A DNA stretch of 53,378 nucleotides, counting the filler, from Bipalium vagum (Eukaryota), in NCBI GenBank assembly GCA_037834085.1. It is 3 parts of 3 records of this genome, joined end to end, with 100 filler letters (N's around TTAATTAATTAA, not from the genome) between each part and the next. Parts side by side here need not be neighbours in the genome. Positions count along the whole stretch, not along the records: positions 35,330 to 53,378 come from JBBMKC010042796.1; 2 more parts are not named here. One strand, given 5' to 3'. The notes under the pieces are model-generated. The model saw only the letters and a program-made list of their open reading frames with translations. It searched no databases and had not been told where the DNA came from. Below are positions 36,215 through 49,396 of this stretch, piece after piece (position 1 is the first letter of the stretch; each line of letters opens with the position of its first letter). A program made the position numbers and the translations under genes.

Positions 36215-39200
36215 ATGACTTTCAGGGATATTTTTACGTCAAGAAGTAACTTTTTAATCAAATATTTAAAATTTATATTATTTCAGAGAGTGATCTTAGA
36301 ATTTATCTGTCTTTTTGGTTATATTTATATTTATTTCAAGTTTTGTGTAAATTAGATTCAGGGTATTCGGCTTATGTAACAATTACTCTTATGTGGTTAT
36401 GCTAAGTGCTGCTAATGATATTTTAAAAAAATTGGAAGTTGGTCCTTTTGTTATTTTAAAATAAATAATATTTTTTAGAATTCAAGTTCATCAAAGAATG
36501 GATCTTATTCTATTGGTGATAAAATAAATCTTGATTGTAATAAGGTTGGAACTGGGGCAATTTTGGTTGCGGATATTGTTCCCACTTTAATTTTTAAATT
36601 AGTAGCTCCTTTCTTTATTCAGTCCATCAAATTTCCGTGAGTTTTCAGACTTAAAAGATTATTTAAAAAAAAATTTTTTTTTCATTTTGTATTACGATTC
36701 TAAAATTTTTCATTCTAAAATTAAATAAACTTAATTTTAAAGTCTGGTTTTAAATAATAATTTGGTAAATATGAAGAAATGCTCTTTATAACATTTGAAT
36801 CAATAGATAAAAAAACAAATTTATGGATTTTTGTCTCCCAGAAATTGTTTCAGATACTGTTACCACTATATTAATTATTTCTTGACCAACCAAGCTTTTA
36901 GAGCTTGAAACATGCTGATAATATCATCTAAACGAGTGGTTCTCAATAAAAAGATTTTATTTTAGTTTATAATAATTTGGTGACTCCGTGGTTCGGAGAT
37001 TGGATATTGGAGAGAAGAAAAGGAAGTACTGATTCAACAGGAGATTACAATGACTGGAACTCTGTTAATTATTGCCAACTATTTATAGAAAAGGGCAAAA
37101 TAGCAACACAGTTTTCTATTTGTGCGTAGGAGAAGGAGTTCTATTGATATGACTAATAACATGCAAGGACCAGTGAAGAGAGCAGCAACTCTCTAACAAT
37201 ATATAGTCAAAATATCACACATATGGACTACTGTTAATAAAAAGGAAGCATTTTGCCTTTACAAAAACTGAAACTTAATTTTGCAGCTCCTCTTGCGACC
37301 CATAGATTGAGAGTCACTGATTTAAAAATTCTTTAATCGTTTGAGTCTTTGGTCTAATAAGATATTGAGTGGTAATTTTGTGTCCTACCTATCATCCAGG
37401 TCACATTGAATAAAAAATAAGTCAAAGTTTCAGAAATACCAAAACAATAATAAATTAAAAAAAATATTTCACTCAAAATATAATAAAAAATATCTCATAT
37501 TAATAATTATAACTTTTTGATTTTCCAAAGGATCAATTATAAATATAATATATACCTAATAAGTAATAATTATCTTTTACAATTTGTTCTTTATGTACAT
37601 TTTTGAACAATCACAATCTTAGCATTTGTTGGTGAAATCTATTTTTCCTTTGTTTATTTTTACTTAATACCTATTCCCAGAAAATGTAAATGTTTACATC
37701 ACATGCGATTTGTACTTGTTTAATTAAAGACACAATAACATATTTGTATATAAATTTTCAGAGCTAAAATTAGAAAATAAAGGAATCTGGATATTTGCTA
37801 ATCATCGAAACTGTCTGATAATAATTTTATTTTAGACACAAAGTCCTGTTTGTTGTGTTGGCAGCTGTGGCCTCTTTTATCATTGTGGGATTATCAAAAT
37901 CAATAGCGTTGACACTTTTCGGTAATTTACTATTGACATCAAAATCAGTTAAAATCAATATAACTTGCCTAAAATACTTTATCGATTTTAAAAAAATTGT
38001 TTTAAACGTCACAATATTAATTTAAATTTAATTAATTTGTAATTTGTTGTACTTGTAATTACAGTGATGCAACTTTTTGAGAAACTTTTGTATAATTTGT
38101 GCTGACACCAATACTCATTATTGATCATTTCTCAATAATGAAATTTGAATGGAAATTAATAAATCAGATGATCAATAAAATTTAATATTTTGCAATGTGA
38201 TTTTTTTGTTAATCTAGATTGTTCTAAAGGTTATATTACACTCTTATTACGGGTCATGTGGTAAATAACTAGTTATATTTTGTCATTGGTATTCAGTGAA
38301 GCACAAAGATATTGTTTTCATTTTATTTTGGACATTTACAACTCTTGTTTATTTAATGAATTTGGTTTCCTTTTTGCATTTCGGAAGCTTAATGTTAATA
38401 TAGTTTTTAATTAATCTGGTACTCAGCCATCAATTTATTATTATTTTAATATTCTCCAGTCCGTATTTAAGAGTGTTTTTGTATATAATAAATACTTAGC
38501 AGCACTGATAACCGAAACTGCGAGTTATAATATACTTTAAAACTGTTTGTTAAAAATGTGAAAATTGATAATTCAAATCAATGTTAATGTAATATTAAAT
38601 TAAATGTAAATAACTATCATGTTTTAATGTAATAATTATATTATATAATGTGATAATAATTTTATAAATTAATTTAATATGGTAATTCACTAACTTATAA
38701 TATGATTTTTTTATTATCATTATTGATTGTTCGTTGAATATAATTATTTATTGTAAAAATAAAATAATAGAAATGACTATATATTGACATATTTTCATTG
38801 TATTGAATAAGTTATTTTTTTAATAAAAAATATTAATTATCTTATCAAAATACTTGTATTTTACTGTGCATATTTAAATTATTCCACATTACAGTATTAA
38901 GTAGTTCGAAACATTAAAAACAGAAAATTTCTCTGTGAATTCAAAAAGTATAGTAAATTTGATATATAGTCAAACATCTAAGAACATAAAGAACTCTGTA
39001 TAAAGCGGACAAAGTCATTACGGAACAAAATTTTTTAATTAAACTATAACATGGGTGTAATATCTTTTAAAAATTGCTTTTTATAAGAAACATTGTTTTT
39101 TGGAACATGAACAAGACATTTATCAAATAATAAGTTGATAATTTGATGTATTTTGCTAAAAATAATTGCTTACAACGAACAATTTTTGTTTAAATAATAT

Positions 39201-42200
39201 TACAGAAAAATTATGAAATATTAATGGTTTATTATATTAATTATTTTATATTTTAATTATTTATTATTTTAGTAATTTCAATAGTGAACACAGAAAAAAG
39301 AACCAATAGAAAATTCTATATTATCAAACAAAAACAAGAGGTGATAGATTTTCACAATGGTGTATCTTTATATTAGATATGGGAATTAGTTATAAATATC
39401 GTGTATTTGTCATTGAAAATAAAACTAAAAGGTAATATTGTAATATATACTGTATCTATAAGATATCAATAGTTATTATTTGTTTTCACTGATTAAATAG
39501 CTTATTTTAACGAAAATGCAAAATCATTGATCAAGAAAACAGTATTTGTTGGAATCATTATTATTTTGCTACAATTAAAAAAAAATCAGCAACCGAAGCC
39601 AAAAGATTAATGATAAAAGCTTACGATGAATATGCCCTACCCGAATCAACATTCCGAGAATGGTATCGACGATATAACTTCAGACATACTTGGTACGAAA
39701 TTGATTGAATTTGAGCATCGAAATATTTTTAAGTATGAAAAAACTGGATTATTTTTATAAATGTGCTCCAAACAGAAGTCTTACTATAAAAATAATAATA
39801 GAACCAGCAGAAAAAAAATTTTAAAAATGAATTACTTTTTTTTGTATTAATATGATATGTTAAAAATTAAAGCCGTAATAATAGGATTATCAAGAAATCC
39901 GCGTACTTTCTAAAATCTTGATTTTAAATATACAGTTAAGTTATGATTTTTGAAAAAATTCCAAATCTAAGTCCATAGATTTTTGAAAATAAATTTTTTT
40001 ATCTTTATGCTCTTTGACATTTATTAATTAATATTCTTTAGATTTGATAACAATTATTTTTCAATAAGTAAGTGTCACGCTGAGTTATACATCGAAATAT
40101 TTTATAAATGAACTGATCGTGCGAATACTTGCAAATAGTGTAAATGTTTGACTGTATATGAAATAAAGTATATTGCATCTTCTTTATATTTTGTTATTCC
40201 GAAAATTTTGTTGAAGACAAATACATCTAAATTTTTTTTGGAGCCTTAACTTTAAATAGTCACACCAGATTACAATTATTGAAACCTAACGAAAATTGCA
40301 ATACTTACTGGTATTTAAAGATATTAAATGCCTAATTCTACTTCATTTAATACCAATCAGTGTTGCATTTATCGTTAGATTCGCTAGAAATCATAAATTG
40401 ATGTGGTCATTTGAAGTGAAGGCTCCCCACAAAATAACAATAGCAGGATACTTAATTGTAAAGAAAAAGATTGATTTTCTTTGTCCAAGTATCATCAGCA
40501 GTATTTTAAGAATGAAGAGTCGTAGATTCTCTTTCACGGTGGTGCTCAATGCCAAAGAAGTCAGAGAATGATAGATTAGATTGCGTTAAAAGGATGAAAT
40601 GTGTTAAACCTTTCTCTACAAAGTCAGATTTAAATCCAATAGAAAATCTATGGTTTCTATTGAAAAGACTGCTGAAGAAGTCCTTCGTGCATTGCGCAGA
40701 CCAATTGAGGCAACATATCTTGGAAAATTTGTGTAATTAAATCAAAAAACAATGGTACTTAATGCCCGTCCAATGCCAGCAAGACTTCTAGAGAATATCC
40801 AGGCTAAAGGAGATTCCATAAATTGTTAAAGACTAAAATAATATTTGTTCATGTTTATTTTATTTCAATTGAATCTCTATGTTATAAATAAGGAATTCAT
40901 TTCCCCTAATACGTGTTTTTTTCTTCATAATTCTTTTATTATGGTATTAGTTAAGGTATTGTAAGATCTGCAGCAAAACGAAATAAAATCTAATAAGAAC
41001 AAAAAAGTACTGAGAATAGATAATCTCTTATTTTTAGATAGAAATTATTCTAAGCCAACTTTAGCTCAGTCATCATGGTATACCACTGATCGGATCTATT
41101 AAAAGCACTAACAAGTCTCCAAGCCCAATTCTTGAAATGTACAATAATATAAATGACCAACTTTCAGGTCTTATCAACAATTTTTAACAAACTTCAATGA
41201 TATATCTAGTAATTAAAAATCTTCAGTTTTCTGTTAGTATTTCCTCAATTTTACTCGATATCTTTGATTTAGTTAGGTCCTTCGATAATGCTATGGGAAA
41301 ATTCAATCATACACTAAGATTTGTTCATTGAGAATTCAAATAGCTACAAAGAATATTAAGTAAGAACAAGTCAAAAATGGATCGCCCGCTTCAAAGAAGT
41401 CAAATTTGAGCTCAAAGACCGGCCTCAGGGCGTCCGACTGTGTTTGATAACAAAGATTTGGAAGATTTGCTTTGTGAAAATTCTCGACAAACAACGTAAG
41501 AATTGGCCGACAAAATTTGTTGCTCACCGCTAATTATACTAAACCATTTAAATGTAATTGGGAAAGGGCAAAAAACCCTATTTGAGCCAGGAAAACAAAG
41601 ATCAATGAGTCAACATGTACACCTCTTTATTCGCTCGACATCGCATAGGTCGTGATCAACATCAAACGTTTTTGATCAAAATCATTACAAGCGATGAAAA
41701 GTGGTCATTACCTTAATATCAAGTAAAGAAAAAAAAGTTAATCGAAATGACAGGAAACACCACATGTACAGCCAAGTTTTCATCCCAAGAGATCAATGCT
41801 TTGCATTTGGTGAGATATGAAAGGCATTATTCATCATGAAATGTTAGGAATCAAACAATCATAGCCGTATTGTACAGTACACTGTTGCACCGCCTAAACA
41901 ACTCAAATATTAAAAATCGTCCAGATAGTCAACATGGTGTTTTTCTTCAACATAACAATATCCGGCCACATATAGCAAGGCTTACGAGAATGGCTTTGGA
42001 GGAACTTGGATGGGTAGTGATTCCTTACCCTTCCTACTCATCTGACCTCGTTCCTTCGGATTGCCATCTCTTTCACTCACTTTTTAATGCCTTAAAGGAA
42101 ATGTCGTTTGATAATGAAGATGAACTGGAAAATTGACTTCGTGAATAGCTTACATCTAAACCCGCTAAGTATTTTAAGCAAGAGTTCGAAAAATTGCCAA

Positions 42201-45200
42201 GTCGTTGAAAGGAAGTCATAAACAATTGCGGAGATTATATTATTGATTGATTATTATTGATTTGTGATAAAAAAAGTTCCTTTTGTATGCTTTGTTTGAA
42301 AATACGAACGATATTATTGGACAACCTGATACATATAATAATGTTGATCGATTATAATAATGAAAGTTATATTCGTATGATAAGAGAAACAATCGAAAAC
42401 AAAATTTTAACAGCAACAACGGTAATAATCTACTATATGAGTAAAATGAATAGAAATATAATAACAAAATATTAATACAGAACGTATGACCGAAATGGGG
42501 AGCAGGCGCAGGTTCCTGGACCCACACGAGTTCCGTAATAGGTCATGTTCGAAACCAGTTGCATTGAATAAGGAGGGTCGACATACTTGCTCAAATTATT
42601 ATTATTAATTAGAACCCAATAAATTTCAGAATCGCACAAGTTTAAAAATTGAAACATATTTTCACTTGAATGGATATATTAAAAGTTCTTCATAGATATT
42701 TAATTTTTTTGTAACCAAAAAACCTTAAAGAAACACGAAAATCTGCATACATGAATGCTGATCATATTGTTAATATTCAGATAAATACTAACCAATTTTC
42801 CTGACTCCAAATTACAAATAATGGTCCATTCAAATAAATAATACATAGTAATAGAAATCAATTTATTCACAACAGAAATTACTTAACAATAATAATGTTC
42901 AATTCAATTCTTGTTTTCCTTTTCTTTTCGTCGTCACCGTCTCTCTTTTGTTTTGTTTCTCCTCGTTTATTTTTGGTTCACTTTGATTGTTCTGCTATGG
43001 AAAATCTGATAGTTGCTTATATATTCTCCTTTATCAGTCAATCACAACATGAATATCTTTCCTCTTCTCAGCAATCAATTATCCGGCTTTCGTGTTCACT
43101 GAAAATGCTAAGGAGAAAATTCGATTGTATCATACCAGTAATTTATCATATTTTCCTCTCACACAATCAAAAATAGCATTCACTTGCAAATTCTACACAC
43201 AAGTGAACTATAAGTCCTTGTCCATCAAACTCTTCCACCAAACTGACGCTCGCACCACGCTTCCCCTTAGCAGATAAGCAGTCAAGTCTAAGATGCATCA
43301 AATCTGATATATTCCTATTTCAGACGCACTGTATAGAGTTTGCCGCCAACGAAATATGACTCTTTAATCTCGTAGCGCCTCTCGCTGAACGAAAAATGAA
43401 CAATTATTTAAATAAAAATATTTTAAAATCAAAATTGGTGTGATATTCAATTTTTGGAAAATATTTTTTATTTAGGTGTTGTATTAGCAAGTCTATCATC
43501 AGGAGTCGGGGAAGTTACTTTTTTAGGATTAACTGCATTCTACCATAAGTAAGTTTGAATATGATTGAAATTGAAATATAATCTTTTTGGTTGTTTGGTG
43601 TTTTTAAGAAATATTTTTATACTCAATTGCATATTATATTACGGTGAAAATATTATCTATAGAAATAAAAATGAAACTAATATATGATCTGATCTATTTG
43701 GGATGGCAATAAAGTAATTTATGATTTCAATAAAGAAATTTAACTGTATTTTAAATAAAACAATGATTATTTCAATAATATTAGAAAATAGACTGTGGAT
43801 TCAAATTTAGATCAATAAGTATATTTCATAGATTTCTTTATTTAAATTTTTATTTTTCAACTTTAGTATATAAGATCGGAACACATATTGGAGGTATATT
43901 TTACTTTTCTATTATCAGAAAGGAAAAAGTGCATTACAATGTTGCAAAAAATATGTAAAAGGTGCGGTGATGCATTAAAAGAACGTTATTGTCCGAACTG
44001 ATTTAAGAAATTTCGTCGGGGTGATTTTTTACTCAAAGGTAAACCTATGATCTACTGTTCACTATATATCAATTACAACGAAAGCAAATACTTGATCAAT
44101 GAGGATACGTGATATTTCAAAAGAGCTTAGCATATCACATGAAAACATCAAAACCGATATCAAGAACATGGGCTACCTGTAAAAACTCTGTCTTTCGGCT
44201 TCTTACCAACTAAAGGAAAGTTATATTAGACAAAAATTTGAAAACTGCAATTTGTTTATCAAAGAAAAATAGCTCATTTTTGAAACAATTAATAACGAAC
44301 CATGAAAAATAGATTTGATACAATAGTGTCCATCGGTAAAGATCATTGTGCAAGTCAGAGAAAGCTGCTCAGACGTCGTTCAAGGTTAATTATCATCAAA
44401 AGAAAGTTATGCTGTGTTTGGTGCGATTGTCAAGGAATTACAATATATTTTAAAAATTATCAAAAAGGCAAAGGACTAATTCTGATGTTGATCATTTGAC
44501 AAAATTGAACACGGAAATTCAAGTTAAATGCCCAAAATTGGAAAACCGTAAAGGCATTATTTTTTATCGTGACAATGACAAACGATAAACTACTGTGACC
44601 AATCGGCAAAATTGTGAATCTTGTTTGGGATATATTACCATATTCACTGTATAATCTAGACCTCGCTCATTTCGATCTGTGCAAAACTTATTGAATTGTA
44701 AAACGTTTTCTAAAGATGAACTCTACTTGTCACAGTTTTTGAACAAAGGAATTTTTATATGTCCTGGAAGATAGTAACAGGTCTTGATAACAATTCATAA
44801 TTTAATAAAAAAATCATATAGTTTCATGTCTTGATTCTTAAAAAATGGGTAATTATTTTCTTCCCAACCAAATAATTCAATTACTTATTAAATTACTGTT
44901 CCTCTTTTCGTTTATTGTTCATTTTTATCATCTCTTCGCTCTCTTTTTAAAATAAATATAAGACGAAATTATTACGTTCGAATAACGAGTTTCCTGAACA
45001 CAGCGAATCAGTAATGCTTTTATCTAAAAATAGAACTATCAAAGCTTGTAATATGACATTCCATATTTACCAAAAATCGTTTGTTCCCTGGTGCACGAAA
45101 ATCAATCAAACGATATTCCCTATATATTTGATTAATAAACTCTCTTAGATTTTAACAATCAATCCAAAGCTTTCCATCTTAACCTTTGACTTCTTTAGAT

Positions 45201-48200
45201 TTAAATTTTTGGTATTGAGGTCTGTAATAAATTTTTTTTCTTGTTCATTTATGATTCTTTATATATTTTATAATATTATATATTTATATAATAATATAAT
45301 TGATGTCAATTCATTTAAGCAAAAATAAATTAATAAATAGATGTAAAGGAATGATCTTAATAGGAAAGCAGTTTGAAAAAATTCTTGCAGTTTAAACTTG
45401 TAAACAATAATTTGAAGTTATTCATGTTATATATTCTAGATTGAAGTTTGGCACTTAAAATGTTGTTTTGTTGTTATTTAAAAATATACATGGTTAGATC
45501 TGTCAATTTTCAGGTACTCTACGAAAACTTTTTAGATTACTTATTACGCATTAAAAAACAATAGTAGTAAAGGTTTAATTTTAAAAGGTATTTTATTGTT
45601 CATTTTTAAAAAGCTATTATAATATTATCGGATCGGTGTTGTTAATACTGAATCTTTTAATTTTTTTCCTCATTTCTTGATTTCACTAACCAGTGATTAT
45701 TAGAAGTGTCCTTCCAAAGTCTTCTGAATAATCCCGAATAGCTGACCGCTAAGTGTCTTTAATATCATTGAAAAATAAATGAAAATTAGGTTTTTTAAAC
45801 AATTATTCGAAATCATGAACAAATGAGAGTTGGATTATCGATTATTTTTAATGAAAATTTATTAATTAAATGATGAAATGTCAAATATTTTCCAGAAATT
45901 CAATATCTTACTGGTCTTCTGGCACTGGAGGTGCCGGAGTTTTTGGAGCATTGTCATATGCTGGGCTGGCTAGCGTGTTATCTCCGGAAAATTCGTTATT
46001 TTCCGTAGCAGTTGTTCCAATTTTTATTTTAATATTGTAATTTTAATACAAAATATAATTTAATTATTGAAATTTTAGCTACTTATTTGTATTGATAAAA
46101 CCTGAAAACAATTCATTTAACTGGCTTTATTCATGTAAATATGAGCTTTTGTTAAATGCCGAAGTTACTGAAACAAGTTAATTTTTTATGATTAATTATT
46201 CAACTTCCGTTATCGATTTTTAAATTGTTTATTGATAAATATTTTTAAGAATTATTTTTTTATTTTTTTTTATTTATTTTAGTCGATAATTATTATTGAT
46301 TCTTTTTGTAGCCTCAAAAAATTTCATTATATGGTTTTAAGTATTTTTAAAAATATATTTCATTTAAGTTCGTAAAATCAATATTTTCTTCTGAAGAGCT
46401 CAAAATATTGAATAAATTGTCCTTTTTTCTTCTTCTTCTTCTTCTTTTTGGTCTGATCCTTTCTTTATCTCAAAATTTTACACTTAAAACACTAAAGTTT
46501 TGTTCAATTGTACTGTTGCGCTCAAAGAATATTTGTTGGAATTTTCACTCGATCTTTGACAGAATATAAAAAAGTTTAACGTGATAACTTCCTGTCATTT
46601 GATATGTGAAAGTTTGACAATTAAAACTAGATACCTTTTGCTATTTTATTTCATTTAATAATAAATATTTATTTAATGTAATCTCATTTAATCTTGTAGC
46701 AATCTCGACATCTTTCATCATCAATGATTTTTACATTTTTGAAATCTGATTGGAAGGTTCTAATTTTAATTAAAATCAAATGTAGAAAAATCATTACTAA
46801 TATTCTTATTAATGAAATTTTTATTCATTTTTCCAGACTCTAGTGAAACTAAAAGCCTTATCCAAAAATCTCCTCCTTTCATTGAAAAACTACATCTTAT
46901 TAAGGTAATTTAAATTAAAATTCTATAATAAATAAAAAATATATAGATATTTTGATATTAAAAATAATCGTTTATACAGTCAACCCTCGTTATGAGGAAC
47001 AGGTTGGGAAAACTAAAATGTGTCCTTTAGAACGAGGGTTTCTTATAACTGGGGAAATAATTACATAATAAATTCAGAATTACAATATACTAAGTAGAAA
47101 AGAGTAAATATTAATTTAATTTCACGGTTTGGGTGAATTCTCGAATAAATTAAGTAAATAGATGAATATATATTATTTACTTTGTGAGCAGTAAAAGCCA
47201 GGTTCTTTCACAAACCAATATATCAAAAATCAATATAGTTCAAAAAAAGATCTATACAGCTATTAATTTTTATTTTTCAATCACACCAAATCTGCGAAAG
47301 AACCGATTCAACTAACTGTTGACGCAACTGATTGATCATTTTCCTTCAAACAGTGGTTAATTCTATTAATCGATTTTTTATCTCCATGACAATCGTGATA
47401 AACATATTTTTTCAAATATGTCAAAATTTTGATACAGAGAACTTCTGGAATATAAGAAGGATTATCCGTGTTTTGCAAACGTTGAACTTTTTCATTTCGC
47501 AATGTTCGATCACTGTTTTTTCAAAATTTTTGGTTACATCAAAACAGACTATTTGAAAAACTAGCCATTGATCCGCGTCTGGTGGGATCAAAATGTTGTA
47601 GAAACCAATCAGCTTCTCAAACCAGGTGAAAAAGTTTAAACATAAATGATACCAAAATCAATTACTCAAACTAAATCAATATTTAATTGATGAAACCAAA
47701 AGAAATGGAAAAACAATTTTGATTCATAATAACGCACCGCCATGCACTTCTAATTCACTTAAAAGAAATGAAATGATAAATACTAACACATAGTATTCAT
47801 TAGATATTGGTCCTTCAAATTTACCTCTATTCCCGTCAGTTGAATATAAAAGCACTTGCTGAGTACCAGTTCAATCTGAATGAAGATTCCAAAAAATGAA
47901 TCTCAGAATGATTTGCCTCAAAACCATGAAAAGTTCTTTTCGGATCATTTTCATCTTGTCCATTTCTTTAAATAAATTTTCCCAAATTTGAAATTATTGT
48001 TCTCTGGACAAAAAATTAATAGGTTGTCTCTGAAAAATATTACAGATTTTTATATAGAAAACAATATTTTTCAAATTTAACTAATTGTTTATTAATTATA
48101 GAATATATTTTTAGAGCTTATTATATCTCACCGTACCATTGGCGTTGGTTTATCTGTTTGAATATGTCATTAATCAGTCGTTGGTAAGAAGAATAGAGAA

Positions 48201-49214
48201 AAGATATATGTTATGATTACTTTTTAGTTTGAATTACTCTACTTTCCTAACGCGTTCTTGACTCACCCCAAACAATATCGATGGTTAATTTTAATCGGTT
48301 ATAAAAAACCAATGACAAAATAAATTCAGGTATCAAGTCATATACCAGATCGGTGTGTTCATTTCGAGGTCTTCTGTCAACTTCGTAAAGATCAGGAAAA
48401 CGTGGATCTTTACCATATTACAAGTAAAAAATAACATTAAAATTTTTTAAACTTTTTTTTCAGGCTTTCAATGTTATTTTGCTCACTTTGCAAGTTGTAT
48501 ATCGATTTATTCCATCGATTTGGGTGGTTTTTGTTCTGATATTATATGAAGGATTACTCGGTGGTGCTGCTTATGTGAACACGTTTTACTTAATCTTAAC
48601 AGAGGTATTACAGTTCAATTCAATATTAAATTAATGTAGAATAATTTTCACTACATAAAATGAATTTATCTAGGATTTTCCTAAATCCATTTAAAGTTGG
48701 ATCATTTTTTTTACTGACTCGATTACTAACTTGATGTACCAGACCGGTCAAAAAAGACATGAACACCGATTACAAAATCTTGATTATTTGTTCTAATGCT
48801 AATATTTCGCGGTTATAATTATTAATTAAATATTATAATATATTTCAATTGTTATATGTTGCCCTTTTAAAAATAAGCCTTAAAAAACTGGACAATTTTA
48901 GAAATAAACAGATTTCCAAGTTTAAAACAAATTGAGATTTTAAACCGATTTTCATTGTCGCATTAATTGGCTTAATTTTAATCTAATTTTTTAAAATTTA
49001 TGTTAAGTCGTATAGTTTATCACCTATATAATACTCATATTAATTATCATTATCTAATTTATATTTATTTTATCATTGAAATTTTCAGTCAAATCCAGAC
49101 TTCAAGGAATATAACATGAGTGCTGCCAGCTTTTGGGATTCACTTGGCATATCCATTGCCGGTTGGATTTCTATACCAATTCACAATTTATTATGTTACT
49201 ATTTTTCGAAATAA
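36215..49214 (+). CDS. CLN3: Battenin/CLN3 lysosomal membrane protein. Exons 36215-36245, 36287-36317, 36362-36437, 36479-36636, 37836-37921, 43476-43548, 45896-46036, 46079-46176, 46837-46904, 48115-48183, 48228-48283, 48330-48423, 48464-48604, 49089-49214; 415 aa
   Basis: Thirteen phase-consistent GT-AG introns. Family motifs [86 protein letters not shown] and YEGLLGGAAYVNTF. Not visible in the ORF track. Confidence 0.95.
36934..37319. mobile_element. hAT/Charlie-type MITE in CLN3 intron 4
   Basis: Ends GAGTGGTTCTCAA ... TTGAGAGTCACTG (CAGTGGTTCTCAA-type TIR); imperfect 8-bp flanks ATCTAAAC / ATTTAAAA. Confidence 0.65.
38966..39440 (+). mobile_element. pogo/Tigger-like 5' remnant
   Basis: TA-TAGTCAAAC..GAACTCTGTATAAAGCGGACA TIR-like end followed by a KQEVIDFHNGVSL HTH-like fragment. 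Confidence 0.4.
39510..39680 (+). mobile_element. Mariner N-terminal HTH fragment
   Basis: LLESLLFCYN*KKSATEAKRLMIKAYDEYALPESTFREWYRR. Confidence 0.75.
40200..40830. mobile_element. Tc1 transposase fragments in opposite orientations
   Basis: Minus strand ~40370-40480 gives TIKYPAIVILWGAF; plus strand ~40570-40830 gives SDLNPIENLWFLLKR and MPARLLENIQAKG. Confidence 0.65.
41330..42331 (+). mobile_element. Decayed mariner (DD34D) with right TIR, in CLN3 intron 5
   Basis: IITSDEKW, HPKRSMLCIW*D, LQHNNIRPH, YPSYSSDLVPSDCHLF and NCGDYIID*; right end ATTATTGGACAACCTGA-TA. Confidence 0.9.
42790..43400 (-). repeat. LTR-like repeat; 42790-43085 homologous to 14320-14625
   Basis: Inverted alignment to 14320-14625. 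The GC-richer extension to ~43400 may be U3 (inferred). Confidence 0.65.
43697..44872 (+). mobile_element. Near full-length decayed mariner with both TIRs, in CLN3 intron 6
   Basis: TA-TTTGGGATGGCAATAAAGTAATT ... AATTATTTTCTTCCCAACCAAA-TA. Internal GDALKERYCPN*FKKFRRGDF, KLCCVWCDCQGI, RKGIIFYRDND and HIHCII/LYNLDLA remnants. Confidence 0.8.
46975..47060 (+). mobile_element. pogo/Tigger-like terminal sequence
   Basis: TA-CAGTCAACCCTCGTTATGAGG with an internal inverted AACGAGGGTT; no partner end found. Confidence 0.45.
47560..47945 (+). mobile_element. Mariner catalytic-domain remnant
   Basis: RVWWDQNVVETNQLLKPGEKV, YQNQLLKLN and KTILIHNNAPP. Confidence 0.75.
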
Positions 49215-49396
49215 TAATTTTTCCAGTATTCATTTACTATACTACAAATTCTTTTTTTATTATATAATAAATGATAAATAGATAAAAAAAGGAAGCAAAT
49301 AATAAAAGTTTCATCTTTAAATATAATTGTACATTTTTTACAAGTATTAAAATGTAAATTACAAAATCTACAAAATTCCAATATATATTTTAATCA

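Noticed and set aside
42485-42590. SRP (7SL) RNA, suggested by GAAA..GGAGCAGG and TAAGGAGGG
   Set aside because: The motifs are in the wrong order, the helix-8 CAGG strand is missing, and the island is far shorter than ~300 nt.
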